Part shown: piece by piece, positions 1-10,714 of the stretch
Layout: every line of letters starts with the position of its first letter
How positions within the stretch are numbered: the first letter of the stretch is position 1
NCBI GenBank assembly: GCA_048270185.1
Contig: JBLWTJ010000001.1
Coordinates: forward strand, 1,472,001-1,536,000
Source: Bacteriovoracaceae bacterium
GTDB taxonomy: Bacteria > Bdellovibrionota > Bacteriovoracia > Bacteriovoracales > Bacteriovoracaceae
DNA length: 64,000 nt
Direction of reading: 5' to 3'
Made by a program: the position numbers and the translations under genes
The notes under the pieces: generated by a model
Databases searched by the model: none
What the model was told of the DNA's origin: nothing
The model's input: only the letters and a program-made list of their open reading frames with translations

Positions 1-268
1 TAATCTTTTCCTCATTAACAAATCCAAGTTCTCTTAGAATTTCAATATTATTTTCACCACGAACCAGTGATGGCCCCATTAATTTTAAGTTATCTTCAGT
101 GACGGCTTCTTCTGAAAGAAGCTTCACATTTGTTGAATCTAATGAAAAGAGATGGTGAAAAAGGTCGATTGCAAAAATATCATTACCAACGACAAGATTC
201 TTAATGAAAACCTTTTCCTCGTTTTTAACTTCTACTTTTTTTAGTTTTAAAATATCACTATAGGCCAT
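1..268 (-). CDS. Hypothetical protein, N-terminal part (runs off the window start)
   Basis: ATG at 268 with upstream GAGGGA; open frame MAYSDILKLKKVEVKNEEKVFIKNLVVGNDIFA... continues to the window edge. Confidence 0.6.
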   Translation of the reverse strand, partial: MAYSDILKLKKVEVKNEEKVFIKNLVVGNDIFAIDLFHHLFSLDSTNVKLLSEEAVTEDNLKLMGPSLVRGENNIEILRELGFVNEEKI

Positions 269-340
269 AGTTCAAATTCCCTCAGTATGTGTGTTGTGTT
301 TGGAATACCATAGCTTATTTTTTTTGATATTAAAATAGCG

Positions 341-364
341 AAACCACGCATTAAAGCGTGGTTT
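341..364 (-). terminator. Hairpin downstream of mltD
   Basis: AAACCACGC-attaaa-GCGTGGTTT inverted repeat about 40 nt after the mltD stop. Confidence 0.55.
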
Positions 365-404
365 AGGGTATTTATGCTATTTTTTTCTTACTTTTTACTA
401 GTGA

Positions 405-1922
405 TTACTTTACGACAAGAACGTCACCAGCTCTAATCTGTCTCTTCTTAATAATATTAAGATTTGAAACGATTAAAGTATCGAGGCTTGTTCCAGTTTT
501 GCGAGAAACAGACCAAAGAGAGTCCCCTCTTTGAACTGTATAGTATTTTTGAGGATTCGTAATTTTCGTTCCTCTCTGCTTTGCCATACGAATACGGTTC
601 TTATATTTTCTCTTTCTTACAACTGACTTACGAGGCTTATCGTAAAGATCAGCATACATATTATCTTTCTTACTCTGACCAATTCTGAATGGAAGAGTAA
701 TATAAGATCCTCTTTTAACACGATTCTTATGTGATTTATAATCGTCATTAAGCCATGTTAAAACCTTTGGATCTTTGATCTTAAACTTCTTTGCAACATC
801 ATTCAGACGCGTTTTTTTACCTCTAACACGATACTTTTGAAAAACGTCTTGGCTTGCGATGTAATTAGTTTGAGAACAGCACTCTGCCCACAGCTCTTTC
901 TTTCCAACAGGAACTCGAAGTGTATAAGTCTTATGAGTCGGAGGTGTAAACCATCTTTGGATTTCTGGATTTAAGTAGTGTAGATCATCGAATTCAACGT
1001 TAAGATCTTTTGCGATTTCAAATAGATCTGCTCCCCCAGGAACTTGAATTTCTTGAAAATCGAGTGGCTCATGCCAATCAATTTCTTCAAATCCAAACGA
1101 CTTTAAGTTTTTTCCAATAATAGCAAGTGCCATAATCTTTGGAACGTAATTCTTTGTTTCAGGCTTTAAGTATCGGCCTCTTCTTATTTGCCAGAAGTTC
1201 TTCGTATTATAGCGACGAATCGCTCGACTCATTTTTCCTTCACCTGCATTATAAGAAGCACAAGCAAGTTCCCACGAGCCAAATTGATTATATAATTTCT
1301 TTAAGTACTTTGAAGCTGCAACTGAAGACTTGATTGGGTCACGTCTTTCATCAACAAACCAGTTAACTTCAAGTCCATAGCGACGACCAGTGTATGGCAT
1401 AAACTGCCAAGGACCGACGGCCTTTGCCCAAGACTTGGCCTTTGCCTGAAAGCCTGATTCGGCCATTGCTAAGAAAATTAAATCTTGTGGAAGACCGTTA
1501 TCTTTAAGAACTTTTGAAAGAATTGGTGCATACCTTCCAGCACGAGCAGAATAGCGTGAAAAGAAGCCTCTACCTCTGCCGGTAAAATACTTAATCCATT
1601 TTTTCACAGCGGCATTGTAGACAACAGGAATATCAAAGTAATTATTCTCTAAATTTAAATGCTCAGCACCATAGAGAAAGTAAGTTTTAATTTCGTGATT
1701 AGCTGGGTGATCGATGATTGCCGATCCAACAATCTGATCATTAGAGAATTCAGCACCGTGCTTAGCACTTCTAGCGATGATTTTTTCTTCCGAGAACTCT
1801 GCGCTCGCATCACTTCCAATAACATCCGAGATATCTTTTGGGCTTGGAACTTCTTTTTCTGTACTAATACAAGAAAATAAAAATTGGGTCATTAGCAGTA
1901 ATAATATTGCATTTCTTCTCAT
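405..1922 (-). CDS. mltD: Membrane-bound lytic murein transglycosylase D-like lipoprotein (SLT + LysM)
   Basis: Lipobox LFSC; SLT motifs AMAESG, AVGPWQFM, SYNAGEG, ETKNYV; C-terminal LysM YTVQRGDSLWSVS. Confidence 0.88.
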   Translation of the reverse strand: MRRNAILLLLMTQFLFSCISTEKEVPSPKDISDVIGSDASAEFSEEKIIARSAKHGAEFSNDQIVGSAIIDHPANHEIKTYFLYGAEHLNLENNYFDIPVVYNAAVKKWIKYFTGRGRGFFSRYSARAGRYAPILSKVLKDNGLPQDLIFLAMAESGFQAKAKSWAKAVGPWQFMPYTGRRYGLEVNWFVDERRDPIKSSVAASKYLKKLYNQFGSWELACASYNAGEGKMSRAIRRYNTKNFWQIRRGRYLKPETKNYVPKIMALAIIGKNLKSFGFEEIDWHEPLDFQEIQVPGGADLFEIAKDLNVEFDDLHYLNPEIQRWFTPPTHKTYTLRVPVGKKELWAECCSQTNYIASQDVFQKYRVRGKKTRLNDVAKKFKIKDPKVLTWLNDDYKSHKNRVKRGSYITLPFRIGQSKKDNMYADLYDKPRKSVVRKRKYKNRIRMAKQRGTKITNPQKYYTVQRGDSLWSVSRKTGTSLDTLIVSNLNIIKKRQIRAGDVLVVK

Positions 1923-1938
1923 CGAGCTTCCTTAATTT

Positions 1939-1965
1939 AAAAAAAAAAGGCCCAGCGAATGGGCC
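1939..1965 (-). terminator. Intrinsic terminator-like hairpin with U10 tract between the DAACS gene and mltD
   Basis: Minus strand GGCCCA-ttcgc-TGGGCC followed by 10 T. Confidence 0.7.
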
Positions 1966-2037
1966 CTAGTTATTTTTTCAAATTGTGGTGTCTGAGTCAA
2001 CGAGGAAAAGATTTATTTGACTTTAAAGCGAGTCTAA

Positions 2038-2050
2038 AATCAACAACTTA
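2038..2050. promoter_or_regulatory. Putative IHF site
   Basis: AATCAACAACTTA matches WATCAANNNNTTR exactly and is intergenic. Confidence 0.35.
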
Positions 2051-2058
2051 TCTTTATT

Positions 2059-3321
2059 TCAATCCTTTTTACTATTAATAAGCATCGAATCGACCACAAC
2101 TGTACCCATTGCGTCACCGAACACGTTCACAGCTGTCCTAAACATATCGAGGACACGATCAACGGCAAGAATCAATCCAATACCTTCAATTGGTAGCCCT
2201 ACGGCCGAAAGTACAATCGACATTGTAATTAATCCCGCTCCCGGAATAGCTGCTGCCCCAATGGCCGCAAGAGAAGCTGTCATAAAGATAATGATCTGAT
2301 TTGTGATCCCAAGTTCAATTCCATAAGCTTGAGCAATAAAGATTGCTGCAACAGATTCGTATAAAGCAGTCCCATCCATATTAATCGTTGCCCCAAGTGG
2401 TAGAACAAATTTGGCCGTATCTTTATCGACACCAAGATTCTCTTCCACATTCATCATTGTAATAGGAAGAGTTGCTGCCGAAGAGGCCGTCGAAAATGCT
2501 GTTACAATTGCTGGCCCAATACCCTTAAGGATAAATAACGGTGATTTTTTGGAACGAATACAGCCAACTACTAACAAGAAAATTCCATGACACAAAAGAC
2601 CAAGGATTACTGTTAGCATGTATTTTGAGAGTGATACAATTGCATCGACTCCAGACTTAGCAAGGACTCCTGTCATAAGGACAAAGATACCGTAAGGAGC
2701 TAAGCTCATTACTCCCATTGTTAATTTGTTTGAAAGTTCCTCAAGAGCACCAACAACTTTAACAAATGATTCACTCTCTTTTGGAATAAATAGCGCAGTC
2801 ATTCCCATAAGAATTGAGAAGACAATTACTTGTAGAATATTTCCATCGGCCATGGCACCAAATGGATTGGTCGGAATTGCACCGAGAAGAACTTCTTTAA
2901 TCGAAGCAAATAGCGACATCCAACCACCAGAGTTACTTGCAACTTTAGATTGCATCGCCTCATTAAGACCATGTACACCTGCGCTTCCTAAATCAGCGCC
3001 AACACCTGGATTGATAAGATTGACAAAAATAATTCCGAATCCAACGGCGATACAAGTAGTAATGAAATAATAGGCAACGGCCCTAACACCCATACGCCCC
3101 AAAGACTCAGGAGTCCCTAAGTGATACATGGCCATGAAAATCGAAGAGAATACTAGTGGAATAATAACCATTTTAAGAAGGCCAATAAATGCGTCACCAA
3201 TTGGCGCTATAAATTGTACGTAATTTCCCTTTCCAAAATAATGAAGTAGTAGCCCTAACACTAGGCCTAAAACCATCGCAATCCCGATCTTTTGAGCTTC
3301 CTTCTTAGCAGCTGGTTGCAT
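2059..3321 (-). CDS. Dicarboxylate/amino acid:cation symporter (DAACS, GltP/DctA family)
   Basis: Motifs AFSTASSAATLP, LPLGATINMDGTALY, DRVLDMFRT; multiple TM helices. Confidence 0.92.
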   Translation of the reverse strand: MQPAAKKEAQKIGIAMVLGLVLGLLLHYFGKGNYVQFIAPIGDAFIGLLKMVIIPLVFSSIFMAMYHLGTPESLGRMGVRAVAYYFITTCIAVGFGIIFVNLINPGVGADLGSAGVHGLNEAMQSKVASNSGGWMSLFASIKEVLLGAIPTNPFGAMADGNILQVIVFSILMGMTALFIPKESESFVKVVGALEELSNKLTMGVMSLAPYGIFVLMTGVLAKSGVDAIVSLSKYMLTVILGLLCHGIFLLVVGCIRSKKSPLFILKGIGPAIVTAFSTASSAATLPITMMNVEENLGVDKDTAKFVLPLGATINMDGTALYESVAAIFIAQAYGIELGITNQIIIFMTASLAAIGAAAIPGAGLITMSIVLSAVGLPIEGIGLILAVDRVLDMFRTAVNVFGDAMGTVVVDSMLINSKKD

Positions 3322-3369
3322 TTAATTCCCCTTTTATCTATATCAAATTAAATCGTCTAAAATAACGTT

Positions 3370-3915
3370 ATGAAACGCGAACTTCAAAAAAAATTTATAA
3401 CTTGTTCAACTATTCTCTTATTATTTTGCATATTTATCAATCCGGCAAAAGCTAAGGTTGAAAAGCCAAATTATAATTTTACGTTTGAAAAACTAAAGCC
3501 TTTCTATCCTGGACAAAAACTCTCTGATATACAAAAAGAGTTTAAAGGTATTCGTCTTATCAACGAGAAGAAGCCCGCTGCCACTTATGAAATACTCATT
3601 CGTCATAGCAGTTATTTCTTTCCAGTCTTTATCAATGTTATTGGCGATGAAGTTCTCGATGTCTATGCAAGGCTTCCCAATTACTTCCTTCACGATGTTT
3701 TTCACCAATCTCTTATAAACCGCTATGGGCCCCAGGATAGTTACTTAAACAAGGATGAAACTTCGGTCTATATTTGGAATGATGAAGAAGGTCTAACAAT
3801 AACCTACTCAGGAGCCTGTACGATTACTTGCTTTCCAATCTTTGTTCACATGATAAAGAAAGATCAAGCAAGTAATCCAGAAAGTCTTTTAAAGAAAACA
3901 ATTAAAGCTAATTAG
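3370..3915 (+). CDS. Exported hypothetical protein
   Basis: 181-aa ORF filling the gap; signal peptide ending AKA. Confidence 0.7.
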   Translation: MKRELQKKFITCSTILLLFCIFINPAKAKVEKPNYNFTFEKLKPFYPGQKLSDIQKEFKGIRLINEKKPAATYEILIRHSSYFFPVFINVIGDEVLDVYARLPNYFLHDVFHQSLINRYGPQDSYLNKDETSVYIWNDEEGLTITYSGACTITCFPIFVHMIKKDQASNPESLLKKTIKAN

Positions 3916-3918
3916 CTT

Positions 3919-4728
3919 TTAATTCATTTCTTGTTCAATATCATTAAGTGAATAACGATAGATATGAAGATTCTTTGCAAGTGTAGTAATCACTTGGCGA
4001 TTTGCTATCGGTAATCCATTGGCACCAAAGTATGCCGTGTGAATGGCCAGAAAAGCCTGGGCATCTTCAAATCTCAATTTTGTCGGAGCATATTTATGAT
4101 GAGGATCTAATTTGATCATCATTTCTGATTTTCTAAGGGCCTTTACACCATTCATTGTGAAGATATTATGATTTCGGTAATCAATAAAAATGGCCTCACC
4201 TTTGACATCATTCATTCGGCCGAGAACGACACCTTCTCTTACCTTACGTCCCCAGAAGCCAGCTATGCCCATAGGGGCCAAGGCCCAGCTAAGATAGCGA
4301 TTGAGAACGATACGACTTTCAAAATCTCTCTCACTATGGCCAAATTCAGGAAAAGTCCCCATCAGCCATTCATTTGAAGCCAGAGAAAGGACAATCATGG
4401 CCATATTTTTGTAGCGGTAAACATTGTATCCAGATTTTTGAACAATGGACTCTTTACCATATTTATCATTGTCAAAATTTGAGCGGATTTGCGAGGCAAC
4501 CATCGGTGTGGCCTCATCAATTGTCAGAACTTTTGCAAGCTGATTTGAAGCTATATTTTGTTGGGCCTGCTCACTTTCCTTCTCTCCCAATTCAGTGAAG
4601 TTCATGATCTGTAGAAAGCCCGCAATTTCCGGATCAAACTCCGCCACACGAAGTCTAATATAAACCGGGATCGCTTGGTCTTTAGCATATTGATAATATG
4701 TGTATTTCTCATTACTTAAAGATTGCAT
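3919..4728 (-). CDS. Hypothetical protein
   Basis: 269-aa ORF with GGAGG SD; sigma-28-like promoter upstream. Confidence 0.75.
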   Translation of the reverse strand: MQSLSNEKYTYYQYAKDQAIPVYIRLRVAEFDPEIAGFLQIMNFTELGEKESEQAQQNIASNQLAKVLTIDEATPMVASQIRSNFDNDKYGKESIVQKSGYNVYRYKNMAMIVLSLASNEWLMGTFPEFGHSERDFESRIVLNRYLSWALAPMGIAGFWGRKVREGVVLGRMNDVKGEAIFIDYRNHNIFTMNGVKALRKSEMMIKLDPHHKYAPTKLRFEDAQAFLAIHTAYFGANGLPIANRQVITTLAKNLHIYRYSLNDIEQEMN

Positions 4729-4750
4729 AACAGTCCTCCAACTACCTGAC

Positions 4751-4778
4751 TTTTCGGTATTTTAGGACCTGGTCATGA
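4751..4778 (-). promoter_or_regulatory. Putative sigma-28 (FliA)-type promoter
   Basis: TCATG-N15-ACCGAAAA just upstream of the SD of 4728(-). Confidence 0.4.
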
Positions 4779-4964
4779 AGATTTGCGCACCTTAACAAAG
4801 AACTAGGCAAAAAATCCTCAAAATAAGCATGGTAATTGCGTCTTAGTACTTGACATTAGGCCCAATTCTTAATAAAAATCATGGTTTCATAGAGTTAATT
4901 TTCAGTCCGAGGGACAAAAGAGTTGCTTGCAACCCCCAACGATTGCCTTGTACTAGGAGAAATT

Positions 4965-5270
4965 ATGTACGGAGTAGTAGAAATTTCAGGTCATCAGTAT
5001 CGTGTAGAAGCTGGTATGACTATTGACGTTCAAAAGTTAGATCAAGAAGCTGGTTCAACTGTAGAATTTGATAAAGTTCTATTTGTTGGTGGTGAAACTG
5101 CAAAAGTTGGAGCTCCAACTGTAGCTGGTGCTAAAGTTGTTGCAGAAGTTGTTAGACACGATCGTTCAAGAAAAGTTATCGTTTCTAAAAGAAAGCCAGG
5201 TAAATACTTTAAAAAGAACGGACACAGACAACATTTTACAACTTTAAAAATCAAAGAAGTAAAAGCTTAA
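4965..5270 (+). CDS. rplU: 50S ribosomal protein L21
   Basis: MYGVVEISGHQYRV...GHRQHFT; AGGAGA SD before ATG 4965; directly upstream of rpmA. Confidence 0.97.
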   Translation: MYGVVEISGHQYRVEAGMTIDVQKLDQEAGSTVEFDKVLFVGGETAKVGAPTVAGAKVVAEVVRHDRSRKVIVSKRKPGKYFKKNGHRQHFTTLKIKEVKA

Positions 5271-5296
5271 TCAATTTTTTAATTTAGGAGTTAGAT

Positions 5297-5551
5297 ATGG
5301 CACACAAGAAAGCCGGTGGTTCAACAAGTAACGGACGTGATTCAAACCCAAACATGTATGGTGTTAAGAAATTTGGTGGAGAAGCAGTAGTTCCAGGTAA
5401 TATCATTATTAGACAAGCGGGATCTAAATTCCACGCTGGTAAAAACGTAAAAGTTGGAAAAGACTTTACTATTTTCGCTACGAAATCAGGTAAAGTTCAA
5501 TTTGGTTTTTACAACAAGAAGAAACAAATCGTTTCTGTTGTTGAAGCTTAA
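5297..5551 (+). CDS. rpmA: 50S ribosomal protein L27
   Basis: [16 protein letters not shown] signature. Confidence 0.98.
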   Translation: MAHKKAGGSTSNGRDSNPNMYGVKKFGGEAVVPGNIIIRQAGSKFHAGKNVKVGKDFTIFATKSGKVQFGFYNKKKQIVSVVEA

Positions 5552-5588
5552 TTAATTTTCACTACACTATTAATTAGTTGTAAATATT

Positions 5589-5621
5589 AAAGGGAGCCTA
5601 TACATAGCGCTCCCTTTTTTT
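5589..5621 (+). terminator. Intrinsic terminator after rpmA
   Basis: AAAGGGAGC...GCTCCCTTT followed by a T-run. Confidence 0.75.
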
Positions 5622-5627
5622 ATATAA

Positions 5628-6638
<1,011 letters not shown>

Positions 6639-6641
6639 CCA

Positions 6642-7103
6642 ATGTCGAATGAATTTATTTCAAAGAATGTTGATGAAATTGTAGAAAATAAAAACTTTGA
6701 ATTCCCTCAAAATATCGCAATGGCAAGTGCCTGGATTTTAGGAAACTTTAAGGGAATCAATCTTAAAATTTTAGATATGAGAAAGACAACGTCTCTAGCT
6801 GATTACTTTATTCTAGCTTCTGCTACAAACTCATCTCAAGCAAGTTCAATGGCCGATGAAATAGCCAAACAACTAAAGAGAAAAGGACAAACAGTAATCT
6901 CAAGAGAAGGTCTAAATCAACCAAATGAATGGATCCTAATTGACCTTGGAGATATCATTGTTCATATCTTTGAAGAGTCTGCTCGTCAGGCCTATGATAT
7001 CGACAATCTTTGGTCTGTACCAAATCTTGAAATTCCAAATGAGTACTACTACTCATCAGATGAAGCTGAAACAGCAAAAGAAACAGATAAGGGTTATTTC
7101 TAA
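6642..7103 (+). CDS. rsfS: Ribosome silencing factor RsfS (iojap)
   Basis: DYFILAS and WILIDLGDIIVHIF...YDIDNLW motifs. Confidence 0.92.
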   Translation: MSNEFISKNVDEIVENKNFEFPQNIAMASAWILGNFKGINLKILDMRKTTSLADYFILASATNSSQASSMADEIAKQLKRKGQTVISREGLNQPNEWILIDLGDIIVHIFEESARQAYDIDNLWSVPNLEIPNEYYYSSDEAETAKETDKGYF

Positions 7104-7109
7104 GAACCC

Positions 7110-7577
7110 ATGAAAGACAATCACTTAATTGTCATTGGGAAGTTAAAGGATAAGCACCTGCTTGCTCTTGAGAATGAATATCTTAAGCGCATAAACTTCC
7201 CAAAACTTCATATCCATGAATGTAAAGGTCATCAAGAAAATATCGATCTTGAACTAAAAGAACTCTTAAATAAAGTCGATTCAATTAAAGCAAAGTTTGG
7301 AAATCAACATATCGTTGCCATGACAGAACATGGAAAGACATGTGATAGCGAGAAGCTTAGTCATTTTATTTATGATGTTATTGAGAACCAACAACGCGGT
7401 ATCTGCTTTCTGATTGGTGGAGCGGCAGGTTTCCCTAAGGCCTTTTTAAAGTCTGTTGATTACCAGCTTTCTTTATCGCCAATGACTTTTCCACACAAGA
7501 TTGCACGCCTTGTACTTATTGAACAAATTTATCGAGCACAGACGATCAAACAAGATCATCCCTACCATAAGAATTAA
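7110..7577 (+). CDS. rlmH: 23S rRNA (pseudouridine1915-N3)-methyltransferase
   Basis: IGKLKD, FLIGGAAG, SLSPMTFPH, EQIYRA, HPYH; follows rsfS. Confidence 0.95.
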   Translation: MKDNHLIVIGKLKDKHLLALENEYLKRINFPKLHIHECKGHQENIDLELKELLNKVDSIKAKFGNQHIVAMTEHGKTCDSEKLSHFIYDVIENQQRGICFLIGGAAGFPKAFLKSVDYQLSLSPMTFPHKIARLVLIEQIYRAQTIKQDHPYHKN

Positions 7578-7579
7578 TC

Positions 7580-8584
7580 TTAACTAACGCCGATTGCTTT
7601 TTTTATTCGAGCAAGGTTTGCTTGTGCGATAGGACGAATCTTTGCAGCACCTTCTGCAAGAACGGCATCAATTTGTGATTTGTCGGCCATAAGGGCATCA
7701 TACTTTTCACGCATTGGAGCAAGTTCACGGTTAACAACTTCAAAAAGTTCAAGTTTGGCGTGTCCCCATCCAATTCCCTCTTGATAGCGCTTTGCTAGGG
7801 CCTCTTGTTCGGCCGAAGTTGCAAAAAACTTATAGATATCAAAAATAAGAGAATCATCTGGATTCTTTGGTGCTTCCGGTGGCGTTGAGTCTGTTGTGAT
7901 TTTATTAATCATTTTCTTTAATTTCTTTTCAGGAACAAAACATGGAATATGATTTCCATAAGACTTACTCATCTTACGGCCATCAAGACCTGGCAGAAGT
8001 TTATTTTCGGCCTTGCTAACAATGGCCTCCGGTAGAGTTAAGATCTCACCAAATTTATGATTAAAACTTGAAGCGATATCACGAGCAATTTCGATATGCT
8101 GAAGTTGATCTTCCCCTACAGGCACATAGTCAGTATTCATAAAAAGAATATCTGCGGCCATTAGAACAGGATATGAGAAGAGTCCCATATTAATACCAAA
8201 GTCTTCATCACGGTTCTCTTCGGCATTCTTATCTTTCTTGGCCTTATAAGCGTGTGCTCGATTCATTAAGCCCTTAGAAGCAAAACAAGAAATAATCCAG
8301 TTAAGTTCTGTAATTTCAGGGATATCACTTTGTTTGTATAGGATTGCTTTATTTGGATCAAGACCGGCAGCTAGCCAAGTTGCAGCCACTTCATAAATAT
8401 CACTACGAAGAGTATCACCATCATGAACTGTAATAAGAGAATGGTAGTCAGCAATGAAGAAGTACCCTTTCATATCAGAGCTATTAACATTTTCAATTGC
8501 CGGCTTAATTGCACCAATGAGATTTCCAAGATGTGGCATCCCTGTTGGCTTGACTCCAGTTAAACAAATTTTTCCATTACTCAT
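7580..8584 (-). CDS. trpS: Tryptophan--tRNA ligase
   Basis: TGVKPTG.PHLGN, YPVLMAADIL, VPVGEDQ.QH, KMSKS. Confidence 0.96.
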   Translation of the reverse strand: MSNGKICLTGVKPTGMPHLGNLIGAIKPAIENVNSSDMKGYFFIADYHSLITVHDGDTLRSDIYEVAATWLAAGLDPNKAILYKQSDIPEITELNWIISCFASKGLMNRAHAYKAKKDKNAEENRDEDFGINMGLFSYPVLMAADILFMNTDYVPVGEDQLQHIEIARDIASSFNHKFGEILTLPEAIVSKAENKLLPGLDGRKMSKSYGNHIPCFVPEKKLKKMINKITTDSTPPEAPKNPDDSLIFDIYKFFATSAEQEALAKRYQEGIGWGHAKLELFEVVNRELAPMREKYDALMADKSQIDAVLAEGAAKIRPIAQANLARIKKAIGVS

Positions 8585-8618
8585 ATAAGATTCCTTAATT
8601 AGCTTCTAATTTTATAAC

Positions 8619-8646
8619 AAAAAAAAAGGGCCCTGCAAGGCCCTTT
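8619..8646 (-). terminator. Intrinsic terminator after the 8672 gene
   Basis: Minus strand AAAGGGCC-ttgcag-GGCCCTTT with a long T-run. Confidence 0.7.
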
Positions 8647-8671
8647 CAATCTTATATCTAATAAATGAGTT

Positions 8672-8974
8672 CTAATTATCGTATTTAATAACCGATGATG
8701 ATTCCATCAATTCAGTCAGTGATTCAATTGCAAATTCAATGGCCTGATCACCATATGGAATCGATGAATTCTTTTGGCAAAAATGAGATTGTTTAACGAG
8801 TGAGGCACAAATTCTCATCACTTCAGCTGTACCATCAAAATAATCCGCTTCTTCATCCGTTGTTACAATATGGGCCATAAGCATATTAATTGTTTTAATA
8901 GCTCTGAGTTGTGCCTGAGTAAGTTCTGATGTGTCGATATCTATTGTGAGCTTACCGTGGTTTTCCATTTCCAT
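8672..8974 (-). CDS. Hypothetical protein (start at 8974 or 9004)
   Basis: GGAGA SD precedes ATG 8974; flanked by its own promoter-like and terminator-like signals. Confidence 0.7.
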   Translation of the reverse strand: MEMENHGKLTIDIDTSELTQAQLRAIKTINMLMAHIVTTDEEADYFDGTAEVMRICASLVKQSHFCQKNSSIPYGDQAIEFAIESLTELMESSSVIKYDN

Positions 8975-9020
8975 TATCTTTCTCCAAAGAATTAATTTAT
9001 TCATCCCTCATACACAGTTC

Positions 9021-9048
9021 ATATCGGCTAGCTTTCTTGAAATATTAG
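9021..9048 (-). promoter_or_regulatory. Putative sigma-28-type promoter
   Basis: CTAAT-N15-GCCGATAT upstream of the 8672 gene. Confidence 0.55.
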
Positions 9049-9072
9049 TAATTTATGTCTGACAAAATTAAT

Positions 9073-9101
9073 TTGACATAATCCGCTTTGGGTAATATAT
9101 T
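9073..9101 (+). promoter_or_regulatory. Sigma-70 promoter of tRNA-fMet
   Basis: TTGACA-N17-TATATT, 13 nt before the tRNA. Confidence 0.65.
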
Positions 9102-9114
9102 GATTTTACTTTGT

Positions 9115-9180
<66 letters not shown>

Positions 9181-9190
<10 letters not shown>

Positions 9191-9371
9191 ATTTCTTAAA
9201 TAAAAAATCCAGTCATTTACCTCACTTACCGTCATTTAAAAATTGGCGCTAACGCTTATTTTTAAATTTTGCACGTTAAGCTCCTCAGCGTCATAAAGCC
9301 TCGCTTCATGAACGCAGGGACAACCCGCAACCAATTTCTTAAATAAAAAATCCAGTCATTTACCTCACTTA
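9181..9371 (+). repeat. 48-bp perfect direct repeat (9181-9228 and 9324-9371) containing the tRNA 3' end
   Basis: CCCGCAACCAATTTCTTAAATAAAAAATCCAGTCATTTACCTCACTTA occurs twice, period 143 bp. Confidence 0.95.
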
Positions 9372-9449
9372 ACTCTTCATCATATCCAATTACAACAAAT
9401 AACAACTATTCAACTCTTTTTGTTTGTAGTATTTCTTAAAATAACCACT

Positions 9450-10655
9450 ATGAGAGATAATTTAAAAACACTACTTATTCATTTCACCAATGTCATGGCA
9501 ATGTCATCCCTATCAATGTATCTCATTCGCCATTATGAATATGTGAATAAGTCACTTTTGTATTATTTAATCTTTCCCATCTCAACTCTCTACATTGCGT
9601 TTTATTACTTCGATGCAAAGAAACAATTTGATCTGAGAAATCTATGTTCTCTCTTACCATCAATTACAATTATGCTTGTTCTTGTTTATTCATTCGGAGG
9701 AATTCACGCTCCAGGAGTATTTTGGCTGGCCGGAATACCTATTTTTAGCGCAATCTTTTTTCAAAAAAGAGGAATGCTAATTGGAACTTCCTTAGTTATT
9801 ATTATTCTTGGATTATTTTATGGCCTTGAAAAAGAAATATTAGCAATAACAAAACCAGTCCCTCTAGAACTCTATCTTCAAGAAAAGAGAATGAATGTCC
9901 TTCATTTTTGTATTGTGATCAATGTCTTTTTTTTCTATTACATAACTCTTGAGAAGAAGGTTAAAAGTGAACTTGAAAAATCTAATGAACAACTTGATAC
10001 ACTTCTTCATGTAGTTCTTCACGACCTTTCAAACCCTATCACTGTATTAAAGTTAAAATTTTCGGGACTAAAAAGAAAGTATCTTCTAAGAGACAATGAA
10101 CAAGAGCAAGTTAATCGATCATTTCTAAAAATTGAAGAGATTATCAGTAATGTCAGAAGCTTCCAAATTAGTTCAGAAAATCTTGACGAGCAAAGAGAGT
10201 TAATTTCTCAATCACAAATTGAAGATTATATTTTAACTTCTTTTAACCAGCTTAATTCAAAGTCATTAATTCTCAAGTTTGAAGGAAGCTTTCGCTCTCG
10301 CTTCAAATGTGTTCCCTCTATCCTCAGGGACCATATTTTAGCGAATTTAATTTCAAACGCTGTAAAATTTAGTTACGAAAACTCAACGATTAAGGTTATC
10401 TTTCAAGAAGCTTCAGATGATATTGAAATCAGTATCATTGACGAAGGAATAGGTATCCCAATATCCATCCAAGAGTCCATTTTTGAGTTCGATAAGAAGA
10501 CTACAAGGCTTGGTACGAATGGAGAAGTCGGAACGGGTTACGGACTTCCAATTGTCCATTATTTCACGGACTTATCAGGTGGAGTTCTCAATATTCTCTC
10601 CCCGGTATCCCATGATAAGGGAACAAAAATTAGCTTAGCTTTTAAGGCCAAGTAA
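9450..10655 (+). CDS. Membrane-bound sensor histidine kinase (HisKA + HATPase_c)
   Basis: Several N-terminal TM helices; H-box HDLSNP, N-box NLISNAVKFS, DEGIGI, GTGYGL; ATG 9450 preferred over TTG 9420. Confidence 0.9.
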   Translation: MRDNLKTLLIHFTNVMAMSSLSMYLIRHYEYVNKSLLYYLIFPISTLYIAFYYFDAKKQFDLRNLCSLLPSITIMLVLVYSFGGIHAPGVFWLAGIPIFSAIFFQKRGMLIGTSLVIIILGLFYGLEKEILAITKPVPLELYLQEKRMNVLHFCIVINVFFFYYITLEKKVKSELEKSNEQLDTLLHVVLHDLSNPITVLKLKFSGLKRKYLLRDNEQEQVNRSFLKIEEIISNVRSFQISSENLDEQRELISQSQIEDYILTSFNQLNSKSLILKFEGSFRSRFKCVPSILRDHILANLISNAVKFSYENSTIKVIFQEASDDIEISIIDEGIGIPISIQESIFEFDKKTTRLGTNGEVGTGYGLPIVHYFTDLSGGVLNILSPVSHDKGTKISLAFKAK

Positions 10656-10714
10656 CCATAAATTTATTTCAATAATATAGATAATTTTTATAGAAGTGCT
10701 ATTGTCTTGCCCAA

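Noticed and set aside
3919..4728. Resemblance to HPr-kinase-related proteins
   Set aside because: No Walker A motif; similarity too weak to call by eye
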